Source: a virus
Lineage: Duplodnaviria > Caudoviricetes
IMG/VR virus record: IMGVR_UViG_3300018031_000018
Location: 1-24,579 of that record
Strand: one strand, 5' to 3'
Length of the DNA: 24,579 nucleotides
The notes under the pieces are model-generated. The model did no database searches, was not told the DNA's origin, and saw only the letters and a program-made list of their open reading frames with translations. Each line of letters begins with the position of its first letter. Position 1 is the stretch's first letter. Shown here piece by piece: positions 1 to 7,548 of the stretch. A program made the position numbers and the translations under genes.

Positions 1-359
1 GCCGCCTGCACCCACTGGAACGTCCCGGAGCACTGACCGAGCCACGGAGAGAACGTCGCTATGCTGACGCCCTGCCCCGCCGAGACGATCAGCGGGTAGT
101 CCCCGAAGTTGACCTCGATGGTCTGATGACCGCTCAGAGGTATCCGACACTTGAAGTGCGCGCCCATCGTCCCTAGGTCGATCGCCATGTCCGCCGCGCT
201 GACGGCGATATTGTTCCCGGAGAAATGCATGTGAAAGATGAACGTCCGGAGACCCGCGGCCCCCGGGACGACGGTCGTGACCGCCGCGCCGGAGTGCTCG
301 CCGGAGCTGAGCCGGACGTCCGAGAGGAACTGGTCTCGGTAATAGGATCCAGGAGGCAT
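1..359 (-). CDS. Hypothetical beta-rich protein downstream of the tail tube gene (runs off the left edge)
   Basis: Not in the ORF track. ATG at 359-357 overlaps the tail tube stop (TAATG). Frame is open to position 1: [50 protein letters not shown]...GTFQWVQA. Confidence 0.7.
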   Translation of the reverse strand, partial: MPPGSYYRDQFLSDVRLSSGEHSGAAVTTVVPGAAGLRTFIFHMHFSGNNIAVSAADMAIDLGTMGAHFKCRIPLSGHQTIEVNFGDYPLIVSAGQGVSIATFSPWLGQCSGTFQWVQA

Positions 360-2155
360 TACACGTCAGCAGCACTTGGGAGAAAATCATAGAAGCAGAT
401 CAAAAGCGTATGGTCCAGACTCGTGCTGATCTTCGCCCCGGTGGACGCATTGATCGTTAGGGGCAGCGTGATAGGCTCATCTTGAGCAACATCCGGCCTC
501 CCGTCGCCGAGGGTCAGAAGAGGCACGTCGACCGAGATCCCGGCATTGGACTTCACGAGGTGCACGTCGAGCGTCACATCGCTGTTGTCCCTCACGGCCT
601 GGATCGCCGGGATGTCGGCGAGGAAGACGGTCATCGACCCGCCGACCTCGAAGGTCCCCACGCCCACCTCGAAGGCCCCCAGGACACCGACCGCCTTCAG
701 GGGGTCCGCATTGTTGTTCACGGTCAGGCTCAGGTCGCTGGCGAACGCGAAGAGCGGAGTCGGATTGGCCCACGTGTCGATGAACGCGTAAGTCACGTTC
801 AGAGTCGCCCCGGTGCCGGTCCCGCCGGTCGTGGCCGCCGGGTTCGACGGCGTGATCGTGTAGCTACCGCGGGTGTCCACCACGACGGCGGTCACCGCGC
901 CGGCGCTCACGGTCGTCACCTTGAACTTGGCCGCGACCGCGAAGGTCCCGCCGACGATCGTTAGAATGTCGTTCACGGTATATCCCGTACCGCCGGCACC
1001 CACCGTCGCCGTGAGCGCCTCCCGATTCGTCGTGCTGGCCCCGAATCGGGCCAGCTTGATCCTGGAGAAGTCAGAACTCGTGTTGAACGCGTCGGCCTCG
1101 ATGAGGGCCGGCCTGGTGCCGGACTTCACGCCAGTCGCGCCGGTCCTCTGCTCCACGTCCAGCCCGACGTAGGTCAGGTCCAGCGTTACTTTGTCGGCCA
1201 CCGGGATGTTCAGTGTCAGCTCATTCGTAACGGCTCCCACGACGTACTCACTCTGGACCTGGGTCGGAAGCGCGTCGTCCGGCGCCCCGAGGGTCCGCTC
1301 GAGCTGATACGTGCGCCGCTTGATCAGGGTACCGGTCTCATTCTTGAGGACCCTGGCCCCGTGGAAGACCCGGATGGTCTTGCCAGTCCCAAGGTCGGTC
1401 GCCATATTGCCGGCCGTTTTATCGAATTCGATCGCGTTCGTGGCGACTGAGCGCACCCGAGCGAAGCCATTGTTCCCGACCGTGGCGAACTGTTCGGCGG
1501 TCGCGTCCCCGCCGACGAAGAGGTACTCGCCCGGGATCACCCCGAGCTGGGTCAGATCCTTGGTGGTCGTGACCAACTTCGGGAGGGCTCCGGACGTATC
1601 GATCCGGGCGTCGCCCGTGGCGAACTGATGCCCGACCCGAGTGATCTTGCCGGTCTGCCCGGTAGCTGGGGTTAGGGGCGTGATCACCGGGACGCTCGTC
1701 GCGGTCACGGTGCCGGTCACTACCTTCAGGCCGTTATTCTGCGAGACGGCGAACCCCGAGGCAAAGAGCAGGTCGTTCACCCGGAAGCCGGTCCCGCCGG
1801 ACGCCGGCTCATAGTCGTCGCCGGTATCGCCGGTGTCCACGATCGCCACGTCCAGGTCGGTCTTGATCCGCAGGTCCGCGAAGAAGAACCCCTGGAGGTG
1901 CTTCTGGAGGTTCGTCTGTGTCAGATCCGTATTGAACCCGCCGCTCGCGTCGAGGTCGGTCGTCACGCCCTTCTTGCGCTGACGCCCCGGGTTAATGGGA
2001 TTTCTGGCGACTGTCGTGATCTCCCCGCCGAAGTCGGCGAAGGAGTTCGGCTCGAACGGATCCCAGATTGGAGTCCCCGGAAGGACCTTCAGGCTCGTCT
2101 CCTCCGCGATGCGGAGACCCACGACGTTACTGTCGATCTTAAGAACAGCGACCAT
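359..2155 (-). CDS. Major tail tube protein (siphovirus type) with inserted accessory domains
   Basis: 598 aa. Motifs [39 protein letters not shown] and FEVGGSMT typical of this tail-tube family. GGAGGAG RBS. Located directly after the tail terminator. Confidence 0.85.
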   Translation of the reverse strand: MVAVLKIDSNVVGLRIAEETSLKVLPGTPIWDPFEPNSFADFGGEITTVARNPINPGRQRKKGVTTDLDASGGFNTDLTQTNLQKHLQGFFFADLRIKTDLDVAIVDTGDTGDDYEPASGGTGFRVNDLLFASGFAVSQNNGLKVVTGTVTATSVPVITPLTPATGQTGKITRVGHQFATGDARIDTSGALPKLVTTTKDLTQLGVIPGEYLFVGGDATAEQFATVGNNGFARVRSVATNAIEFDKTAGNMATDLGTGKTIRVFHGARVLKNETGTLIKRRTYQLERTLGAPDDALPTQVQSEYVVGAVTNELTLNIPVADKVTLDLTYVGLDVEQRTGATGVKSGTRPALIEADAFNTSSDFSRIKLARFGASTTNREALTATVGAGGTGYTVNDILTIVGGTFAVAAKFKVTTVSAGAVTAVVVDTRGSYTITPSNPAATTGGTGTGATLNVTYAFIDTWANPTPLFAFASDLSLTVNNNADPLKAVGVLGAFEVGVGTFEVGGSMTVFLADIPAIQAVRDNSDVTLDVHLVKSNAGISVDVPLLTLGDGRPDVAQDEPITLPLTINASTGAKISTSLDHTLLICFYDFLPSAADV

Positions 2156-2183
2156 CTATTTACTCCTCCGTAATTCTACCACG

Positions 2184-2633
2184 TCACACGAACTCGTCAT
2201 ATCGCATCTCGGCCAAAATTTGAAAAGCGAACCAGGGCCCGTCCTGTCCCACCTCCGAGATCCGCACGTTCCGAAACCAGACGCCGCCGGCGGTCGCCTT
2301 ACCCTCGAAGGCCTTCTTAGCCACCATAGCCAGCTTCTCGCCGTCCTCGAGGCCGCGGTTCTGCCCGAGGGGGGCGAACACGCCCACGGTCACGATCCCG
2401 GTCTTCTCGAAGCGCCGCTTGCCCGTGTCCTGGGCGAGGGTCGCTTGGGCACCCGACGTGTGCCGAATCGTCACATCGGCCCATGGCTTATCCGGAGATG
2501 GGGCGCTAGTCCTCGGTACTCCGTCGTAAAACACGTCGGGTACGAACCCGACGATCGCCGCCGCGTCGGCCTCCCACCGCGTCCTGAAGGCCCCGAGGAT
2601 CTCGTCCCTAGCCGCATCGAAGGTCGTCGGCAT
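2184..2633 (-). CDS. Tail terminator / tail completion protein (DUF4128-like)
   Basis: Start moved to MPTTFDAARDEI (ATG 2633), just after the upstream stop at 2636. Motifs PWADVTIRH, GIVTVGVFAPLGQ, GVWFRNVRISEVG..GPWF, YDE. Position immediately before the tail tube. Confidence 0.75.
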   Translation of the reverse strand: MPTTFDAARDEILGAFRTRWEADAAAIVGFVPDVFYDGVPRTSAPSPDKPWADVTIRHTSGAQATLAQDTGKRRFEKTGIVTVGVFAPLGQNRGLEDGEKLAMVAKKAFEGKATAGGVWFRNVRISEVGQDGPWFAFQILAEMRYDEFV

Positions 2634-2635
2634 AC

Positions 2636-3007
2636 CTACTGCCTCGCCGTAACCTCGAAGATAAGATTCTGCCCATTGGGGTTCAGAGGCCTGACCTCGA
2701 TCAGCGCCCACCGGCTCTTGTCGGCCCTGATCAGGACGTCCGTCGCCGGGTCCGGATCGGATTTGAGATCCTTCCCGGCCAGGATGGCGAACACCTCGCC
2801 CTCCTTGGCAAGCGTGGCTCGGCGGATGACCGACTCATTAAGCCAGACCGCGGATACTTTCGTGTTCGTCACGCCCGGCGCCCCGGGCTCCCACGGCTTC
2901 GCCGGATCCGCCGGTGTCCCGGGGGTAGCCCGGGACAGCGTGGAGGTCTCCCCGTTCCTGGCCAGCAGCCGCTTGGCGGTGGCGATCAGGATGTCGAACC
3001 GGGCCAT
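2636..3007 (-). CDS. Head-tail joining (stopper) protein
   Basis: 123 aa, AKRLLARNG...DPAKPW...VRPLNPNG. Lies between adaptor and terminator. Confidence 0.7.
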   Translation of the reverse strand: MARFDILIATAKRLLARNGETSTLSRATPGTPADPAKPWEPGAPGVTNTKVSAVWLNESVIRRATLAKEGEVFAILAGKDLKSDPDPATDVLIRADKSRWALIEVRPLNPNGQNLIFEVTARQ

Positions 3008-3008
3008 C

Positions 3009-3518
3009 CTATCCTCTCACGAGGTAACCGGACTGCTCGATCAGCCCGCGGAGTTTGAAGTCGGCCTTCGGGTAGCGGGGCTCCGAGAACGTGGCGCCAC
3101 CGATATAGCTGGTGGACTCCGACACCGGCCCGACCTGCTCGCTCCTGGACTGGACCACGGCCCCTGCGGCGTCCCGCGTGGGGATCGGGTTCAGCTCGGA
3201 GGTCAACGCGATCAGCGCGTAGTCCATGCACGCCTCCTTAACCTCCTGTGGTATGCCACTCCTGGCATGTTGGTCGTCATCCTCCGGGAGCGTCCTGGGC
3301 CACGCCGTCCGCTGGGCGACGGTCGAGCGGTCCCCCCGGAAGCGGAAGCGGTGGTCCATATAGTCGGTCGCCTTGATGATCGCGATCTGGACGTCGGCAT
3401 CCGCCTCGCCGGCCACGTCCGCCCCTCGGTCCGCATGGTAGGCCTTGAACTCGGCGGCGGTGACGTAGGCGTTAGCCCCGCTCACGGAGCCGGAATCGTT
3501 CTGGATGAGGAATGCCAC
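3009..3518 (-). CDS. Head-tail adaptor (family often annotated 'DnaT-like ssDNA-binding protein')
   Basis: 169 aa with DSGSVSGANAYVTAAEFKAYHADRG, ATDYMD, QRTAWPR, IPQEVKEAC and EQVGP motifs. Synteny with the head-tail region. Confidence 0.8.
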   Translation of the reverse strand: MAFLIQNDSGSVSGANAYVTAAEFKAYHADRGADVAGEADADVQIAIIKATDYMDHRFRFRGDRSTVAQRTAWPRTLPEDDDQHARSGIPQEVKEACMDYALIALTSELNPIPTRDAAGAVVQSRSEQVGPVSESTSYIGGATFSEPRYPKADFKLRGLIEQSGYLVRG

Positions 3519-3722
3519 TCACAGTCTCCCGCCCCCCGGAGTGTTCCGATCGACACCCCTCGGGATGAAGCGCCTATCGGTCTCTCTCTGTGGAATGAGC
3601 ATCTCTGGAGCCATGCGCTGCGGCCTGCGTGGCAGACCCTCCCCGACGTTGCTCCATCTCGCAGAGTACGTACTCCATCCCTCGGGGGTAGTCTTGATGT
3701 GCCGCAGGATTACACTACCCAT
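3519..3722 (-). CDS. Hypothetical protein
   Basis: 67 aa. TAATG coupling to the upstream gene and abuts the downstream gene. Confidence 0.5.
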   Translation of the reverse strand: MGSVILRHIKTTPEGWSTYSARWSNVGEGLPRRPQRMAPEMLIPQRETDRRFIPRGVDRNTPGGGRL

Positions 3723-4540
3723 TATTTTAATCTCCGAATGACAACTGGGATCGGGGTTGGGAGCGGAAGGACGACCGTCAAGGCCGCGCCAACCGCGCCC
3801 TGGTGGACGATTGTACCCACCAGCGGGCTCGACGGCATCAGTTCCTTAGCGCCTGGGGGAAACGTCTCCACCCGCAGCGTCCGATCGCCCAGGTTGTCAC
3901 TAGCAGCCGCCACAGTCAGCAGATTGCTCGCCGGCTCGAAGGTCGCACCGGCGATTGGCGCCGTATCCTGCAACTTCTTCGTCAGGACGCCGCACATCAC
4001 GACGTTGTTCAGACTCGATGTACCAGTGAGGTTAAAGGTCGCCCCAGTCCCGGTCCCGCCGGTGACGGCAGCAGGATTCGTCGGCAGGGTCGTATAGAGC
4101 CCTGGATCAATCACAACGGCCGCGGTCACGGCGCCAGCCGCTACGGTCGTCGCCTTCAGCCGGGCCGAGGCGGTGAACGTCCCGCCCGAGACGGTGAGCA
4201 CATCGTTGACGGTGTAGCCAGTACCTCCAGCCCCGAGGGTGATGGAGGTGACGCCGATCTGCCCAGCAGCCACCTTTCCACTCACATCGACCAGATCGGG
4301 CTCCCCACCTGATGCGAGACTGACCCGTACGCGGTATTCCCAACCGAGCAGATCAGCCGCGAAAGCGCCCGTGATCTGCGTAGCCGTAGCGTCCTCCCAC
4401 CCGAAATCACCGGAATGCTCAGCTCGACACATATTTTTCGCCTCGGTGGCATTGGCTGCCTCAACGAGATATGTACCGACGCCGTCGAACCGGGTCGCAT
4501 TGAGAGATCCAGTAGGGAGCTCCACGAAAAAGTAAGCCAT
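3722..4540 (-). CDS. Putative virion structural / capsid decoration protein
   Basis: 272 aa, beta-rich, directly after the major capsid gene, with AGGAG RBS. Carries a 72-aa Gly/Thr-rich module also present in the tail tube. Confidence 0.6.
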   Translation of the reverse strand: MAYFFVELPTGSLNATRFDGVGTYLVEAANATEAKNMCRAEHSGDFGWEDATATQITGAFAADLLGWEYRVRVSLASGGEPDLVDVSGKVAAGQIGVTSITLGAGGTGYTVNDVLTVSGGTFTASARLKATTVAAGAVTAAVVIDPGLYTTLPTNPAAVTGGTGTGATFNLTGTSSLNNVVMCGVLTKKLQDTAPIAGATFEPASNLLTVAAASDNLGDRTLRVETFPPGAKELMPSSPLVGTIVHQGAVGAALTVVLPLPTPIPVVIRRLK

Positions 4541-4597
4541 CGATTTCTCCTATGTAAGTCTGGGACCAGCTCGTCGCTGATCCCGACCCGGATAGAC

Positions 4598-5548
4598 CTA
4601 GTTGGTGATGCCGTCGGCGCTCGAGATGGCCTTCTCGCTAAAGAGGGCCAGGCTCGCGTACCACTTGAGCCGGGTAATAGTCTCGTCCTTGTCCTCGGCG
4701 ATCCCCACGTCTTCGACGCGGATTCCAGCCGCCCCTTTGGCAGTGAGGCCCGAGATTCCGCCGGTCATGGAGCCATTATCCCAGGCCCCGGCGAAGATCG
4801 TGGTCTGATTGGACCCGGTCCCCTTCACCTGGTTCACGGGGATCCGGTCGTTCCGGAAGATCGGCACACTGCTGTACGATGGTACCTTGTCCCCGCTCGG
4901 CATCGTGATGAACTCCTCGATGGTTCCGCCCCCGGCCGTCCGGAGGAGGGCCTTATAGGACCTGATGGTCCGACTCGGCATGAGGAGGAAGTCCACTCTT
5001 TGGTTATTAGCCGTCACCAGGTCGAGCAGCTGGTCCAAGAATTCGAAGGACAACGCTCCGCCATTCGCGCCGGTGGCCACCTTCTGACCGGTCGGTACGA
5101 GGTTCAGGAGGCCGTTGAACTGGTTCGCCGCGCCCGTACCGTTGATGAACATGTGCTGGAAGATGTACCCGAGATGCTTAGCCTTCGATGCAACCTGGGC
5201 GCCCTTCTGATCATTGATGGTGCTCCGGGTCGCCTGAATCAGGCCATTCACCTCGGCGTCTGCCAGGATTGTGGTCAGCGAAACATTGACCTGGGTGAAT
5301 GTAGCCGGGTTCTTGGCGTTGGTGGAGCTGTCGATTGGATTGACGGCCGTCGAGACGAGGGTACCAACTCCCGCCACACCGGCCGAGCCAAGTGCGTTCT
5401 CTCGGTTATACGCGAGCGAGTTGCCCTCGATCTCGGAGAAAGGGAGAAACTCGAACATCTGATCGACGACGATGACATTTTCGATGACGCCAGACACTAG
5501 CATGTCCAGAGACAGCTTGGCCGATTCTGCGAGGGTTACGCTTGGCAC
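4598..5548 (-). CDS. Major capsid protein (HK97 fold)
   Basis: 316 aa. VTLAESAKLS...GVIENVI, LPFSEIEGNSLAYNRE, FINGTG..NQFNGL, TRLKWYASLALFS. AGGAGG RBS before a GTG start. Follows the scaffold. Confidence 0.9.
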   Translation of the reverse strand: MPSVTLAESAKLSLDMLVSGVIENVIVVDQMFEFLPFSEIEGNSLAYNRENALGSAGVAGVGTLVSTAVNPIDSSTNAKNPATFTQVNVSLTTILADAEVNGLIQATRSTINDQKGAQVASKAKHLGYIFQHMFINGTGAANQFNGLLNLVPTGQKVATGANGGALSFEFLDQLLDLVTANNQRVDFLLMPSRTIRSYKALLRTAGGGTIEEFITMPSGDKVPSYSSVPIFRNDRIPVNQVKGTGSNQTTIFAGAWDNGSMTGGISGLTAKGAAGIRVEDVGIAEDKDETITRLKWYASLALFSEKAISSADGITN

Positions 5549-5655
5549 GGTAGGTTACCTCCTGAATTCCATGTTTCTCGACGATTCGCCCCGACCGTCG
5601 GATCCCCCTCAGGAGGGCACACTCGGCGCCGGATCCCCCGGCCACCTAAGATGCG

Positions 5656-5697
5656 AGGATAATATCAGACCAGGGAATAAGTCAAGAGAAAAATTTC
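5656..5697 (-). promoter_or_regulatory. Putative sigma70-type promoter for the capsid operon
   Basis: Minus strand TTGACT (5685-5680)-N18-TATCCT (5661-5656), preceded by AAATTTTTCTC. The same architecture occurs upstream of terS. Confidence 0.55.
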
Positions 5698-5915
5698 TAC
5701 CGAGCGCTAGGGGGCATCGCTTCGAGCCGGATCGGCACGCCAGGAGGAGGGAGCTGGATATTGCTTGCCCTCCGTCTCTTCTTCTGAAGACCCATGATCA
5801 GGGGGCCAGAGGCTGCATCCTTGATTAGAAACGATCCGTCTTTTCCGCGAATGACCACGGTCTGCTTACTGATCGAGGAGTCATTAACGCCCGGAGAGGT
5901 CTCGGAGTAGTCCAT
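5697..5915 (-). CDS. Hypothetical protein
   Basis: 72-aa ORF filling the gap between the scaffold and the capsid promoter. Confidence 0.4.
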   Translation of the reverse strand: MDYSETSPGVNDSSISKQTVVIRGKDGSFLIKDAASGPLIMGLQKKRRRASNIQLPPPGVPIRLEAMPPSAR

Positions 5916-5918
5916 CCA

Positions 5919-6698
5919 CTAGCTCCTGTTCCGACGGTGCTCGCCGCGCTCAAGTCCCAGACTAATCTTCTCGAGGGAAGACAACTTCACCTCCGACCCG
6001 AGAGACCTGGTCGAGGAAGCGCCCGGAGAGGATCCCGATCCCCTTGGGGCATCGCTCTTAAAGAGCGGAGCGTACTTTGGCGAGGCCCGCATCTCCTTGA
6101 CCAGCTCATCGATCGTCAGGGGCTGGGCAGTCGTTCCCGAGACCCGCTGCCTGCCGTCAATATCCACCACGAAAACCTGGAACTTGCCATCCTCCTGGCT
6201 CACTTGGAGCTTGTCCTTGACATGCGGCATGACTAAATCTTGATCGATGGCCTTGTCACCCAGCGCCGACCTGATGGCGGTGTCCACGAGGACGGCCTTG
6301 AGCTGCCCGGTGACGGATCCATTGATCTCTTTCAGGACGTGGTTCTCCTTGAGGAGCGGCGCGTTAAGCTCGGTCTTGAGCTTCTCGAGATCGATTTTCG
6401 CTTTGCTCGCCAGCCGGGTCTCGTAGTCGTCGACCTTCGTTTTGATCCAGGTGACAACCTCCTCAGGGTTACGACCGTACTCGCCAAGAGGTGTGAGGTC
6501 GATCGGCTTCTCAATCCGGCGCGCTTTGAGTGCCTTCGACATGCCGACGAGGGCCGCCACTGCGCCCTTTACGGTCGGATCATCGCTCTTGATCTTGTGA
6601 TCACCGGCAACCTTGTCCTCCGCGTAAAGGGCGCGAAAGTCCTCCGGTACCAGCGTGATGTCCTTGACCATCAAGTTCTGAGAGAAGTCGAAATCCAC
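5919..6698 (-). CDS. Capsid scaffolding protein
   Basis: 259 aa, helical and charged. VPEDFRALY N-terminus, YAPLFKS followed by a Gly/Ser linker and a C-terminal SSLEKISLGL motif. GAGGAGG RBS. Upstream of the major capsid gene. Confidence 0.8.
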   Translation of the reverse strand: MDFDFSQNLMVKDITLVPEDFRALYAEDKVAGDHKIKSDDPTVKGAVAALVGMSKALKARRIEKPIDLTPLGEYGRNPEEVVTWIKTKVDDYETRLASKAKIDLEKLKTELNAPLLKENHVLKEINGSVTGQLKAVLVDTAIRSALGDKAIDQDLVMPHVKDKLQVSQEDGKFQVFVVDIDGRQRVSGTTAQPLTIDELVKEMRASPKYAPLFKSDAPRGSGSSPGASSTRSLGSEVKLSSLEKISLGLERGEHRRNRS

Positions 6699-6716
6699 TA
6701 CATCCTCCTCGTCTTC

Positions 6717-7034
6717 TTAGACCGGCCACTTGAGATGCGTCGGCTCCGCGTACATTCGATTCATGTCCGGGAGCCACCTGAGAGCGTTGGGCAGCTCGTC
6801 TCGACGAAAGATCCTCGCCCTCTTAATGTTCTTCGAGTAGTAGGGGCTGCCCGGCGTCAAGCCGAGCGTAATCTTCTCCGTCGCGGTCATCTCCAGGGTA
6901 GGATTCAGAGTCCTGCGGAGTCTGATCCGCTCCTCTCGAAGTCTGTCAATCTGCCACTCGACCTGGATCAGCCGAGACAACGGGCTCTCTCGCCGACACA
7001 TGCGAGAGAAGAATTTCAAAAATTCCTTGATCAT
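6717..7034 (-). CDS. Hypothetical protein
   Basis: Likely start MIKEFLKF (ATG 7034) after AGAGGA. Basic, with a short coiled coil. Confidence 0.5.
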   Translation of the reverse strand: MIKEFLKFFSRMCRRESPLSRLIQVEWQIDRLREERIRLRRTLNPTLEMTATEKITLGLTPGSPYYSKNIKRARIFRRDELPNALRWLPDMNRMYAEPTHLKWPV

Positions 7035-7041
7035 TTTTCCT

Positions 7042-7239
7042 CTACTTTCTCGGCGCCGGAGGAACATCCCTCCGACCCATCTTCCTGAGGTTCACCGCGT
7101 TCATCTGTCTGGTGGCGTCTGCCTTATTCCGAAATCCACCGCCATCAATGGCCGTACCAGCGTCGTTCTTCGCGATGTCGCCCGTACGGCACTCTATGAC
7201 TCGAAACTTCTCACCCCGCTTACTCACACATAGTGGCAT
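7042..7239 (-). CDS. Small basic phage hypothetical protein
   Basis: 65 aa, AAGGA RBS, MPLCVSKRGEKFRV...A.RQMNAV. Confidence 0.6.
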   Translation of the reverse strand: MPLCVSKRGEKFRVIECRTGDIAKNDAGTAIDGGGFRNKADATRQMNAVNLRKMGRRDVPPAPRK

Positions 7240-7243
7240 GTCC

Positions 7244-7336
7244 TTACTTCTTGGTCTTCGTGATCGGGATCGGCTTCTTGGGGCGCTTCTTCCCCTTGAC
7301 CACGTACGCCTTGTATGCTGAGCCGTGCTTAGCCAC
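7244..7336 (-). CDS. Lys-rich 30-aa peptide
   Basis: GTG start after GAAGGA: MAKHGSAYKAYVVKGKKRPKKPIPITKTKK*. Fills the gap between two ORFs. Confidence 0.5.
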   Translation of the reverse strand: MAKHGSAYKAYVVKGKKRPKKPIPITKTKK

Positions 7337-7547
7337 CTTTGATTCCTTCACTCAGCTCTTCGAGCAGATTCTCCCGCTCCTGTGTGTGGATCTCGTATTG
7401 TCGGTTGAGAACTCCGAGACCATGGTCGCGGAAGGACATGTAGACCCAGAACGAGACGACCACGAGGGCCGTTATCAGCATGAACTTCTCGAATTTGGTT
7501 AATCTGTACGTCACAAGCATCCCATCATAAGAGCAGTTTGAATACAA
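7329..7547 (-). CDS. Small hypothetical membrane protein
   Basis: One hydrophobic segment (MLITALVVVSFWVYMSF). Start codon uncertain. Confidence 0.45.
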   Translation of the reverse strand: MYSNCSYDGMLVTYRLTKFEKFMLITALVVVSFWVYMSFRDHGLGVLNRQYEIHTQERENLLEELSEGIKGG

Positions 7548-7548
7548 G

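Noticed and set aside
1995-4097. 700-aa plus-strand ORF
   Set aside because: It is the antisense shadow of several well-supported structural genes in GC-rich DNA, with no recognisable motif or RBS. It shows that long antisense ORFs arise by chance here, so the intein-nested ORF is accepted on motifs and RBS, not on length.
4415-5500. 361-aa plus-strand ORF opposite the capsid gene (likewise 6240-7088, 9013-9756, 10179-10907, 19211-19990)
   Set aside because: Codon-bias shadow ORFs with no domain motifs or expression signals.
7329-7547. Holin call for the small membrane ORF
   Set aside because: Only one hydrophobic segment and no endolysin or spanin nearby.
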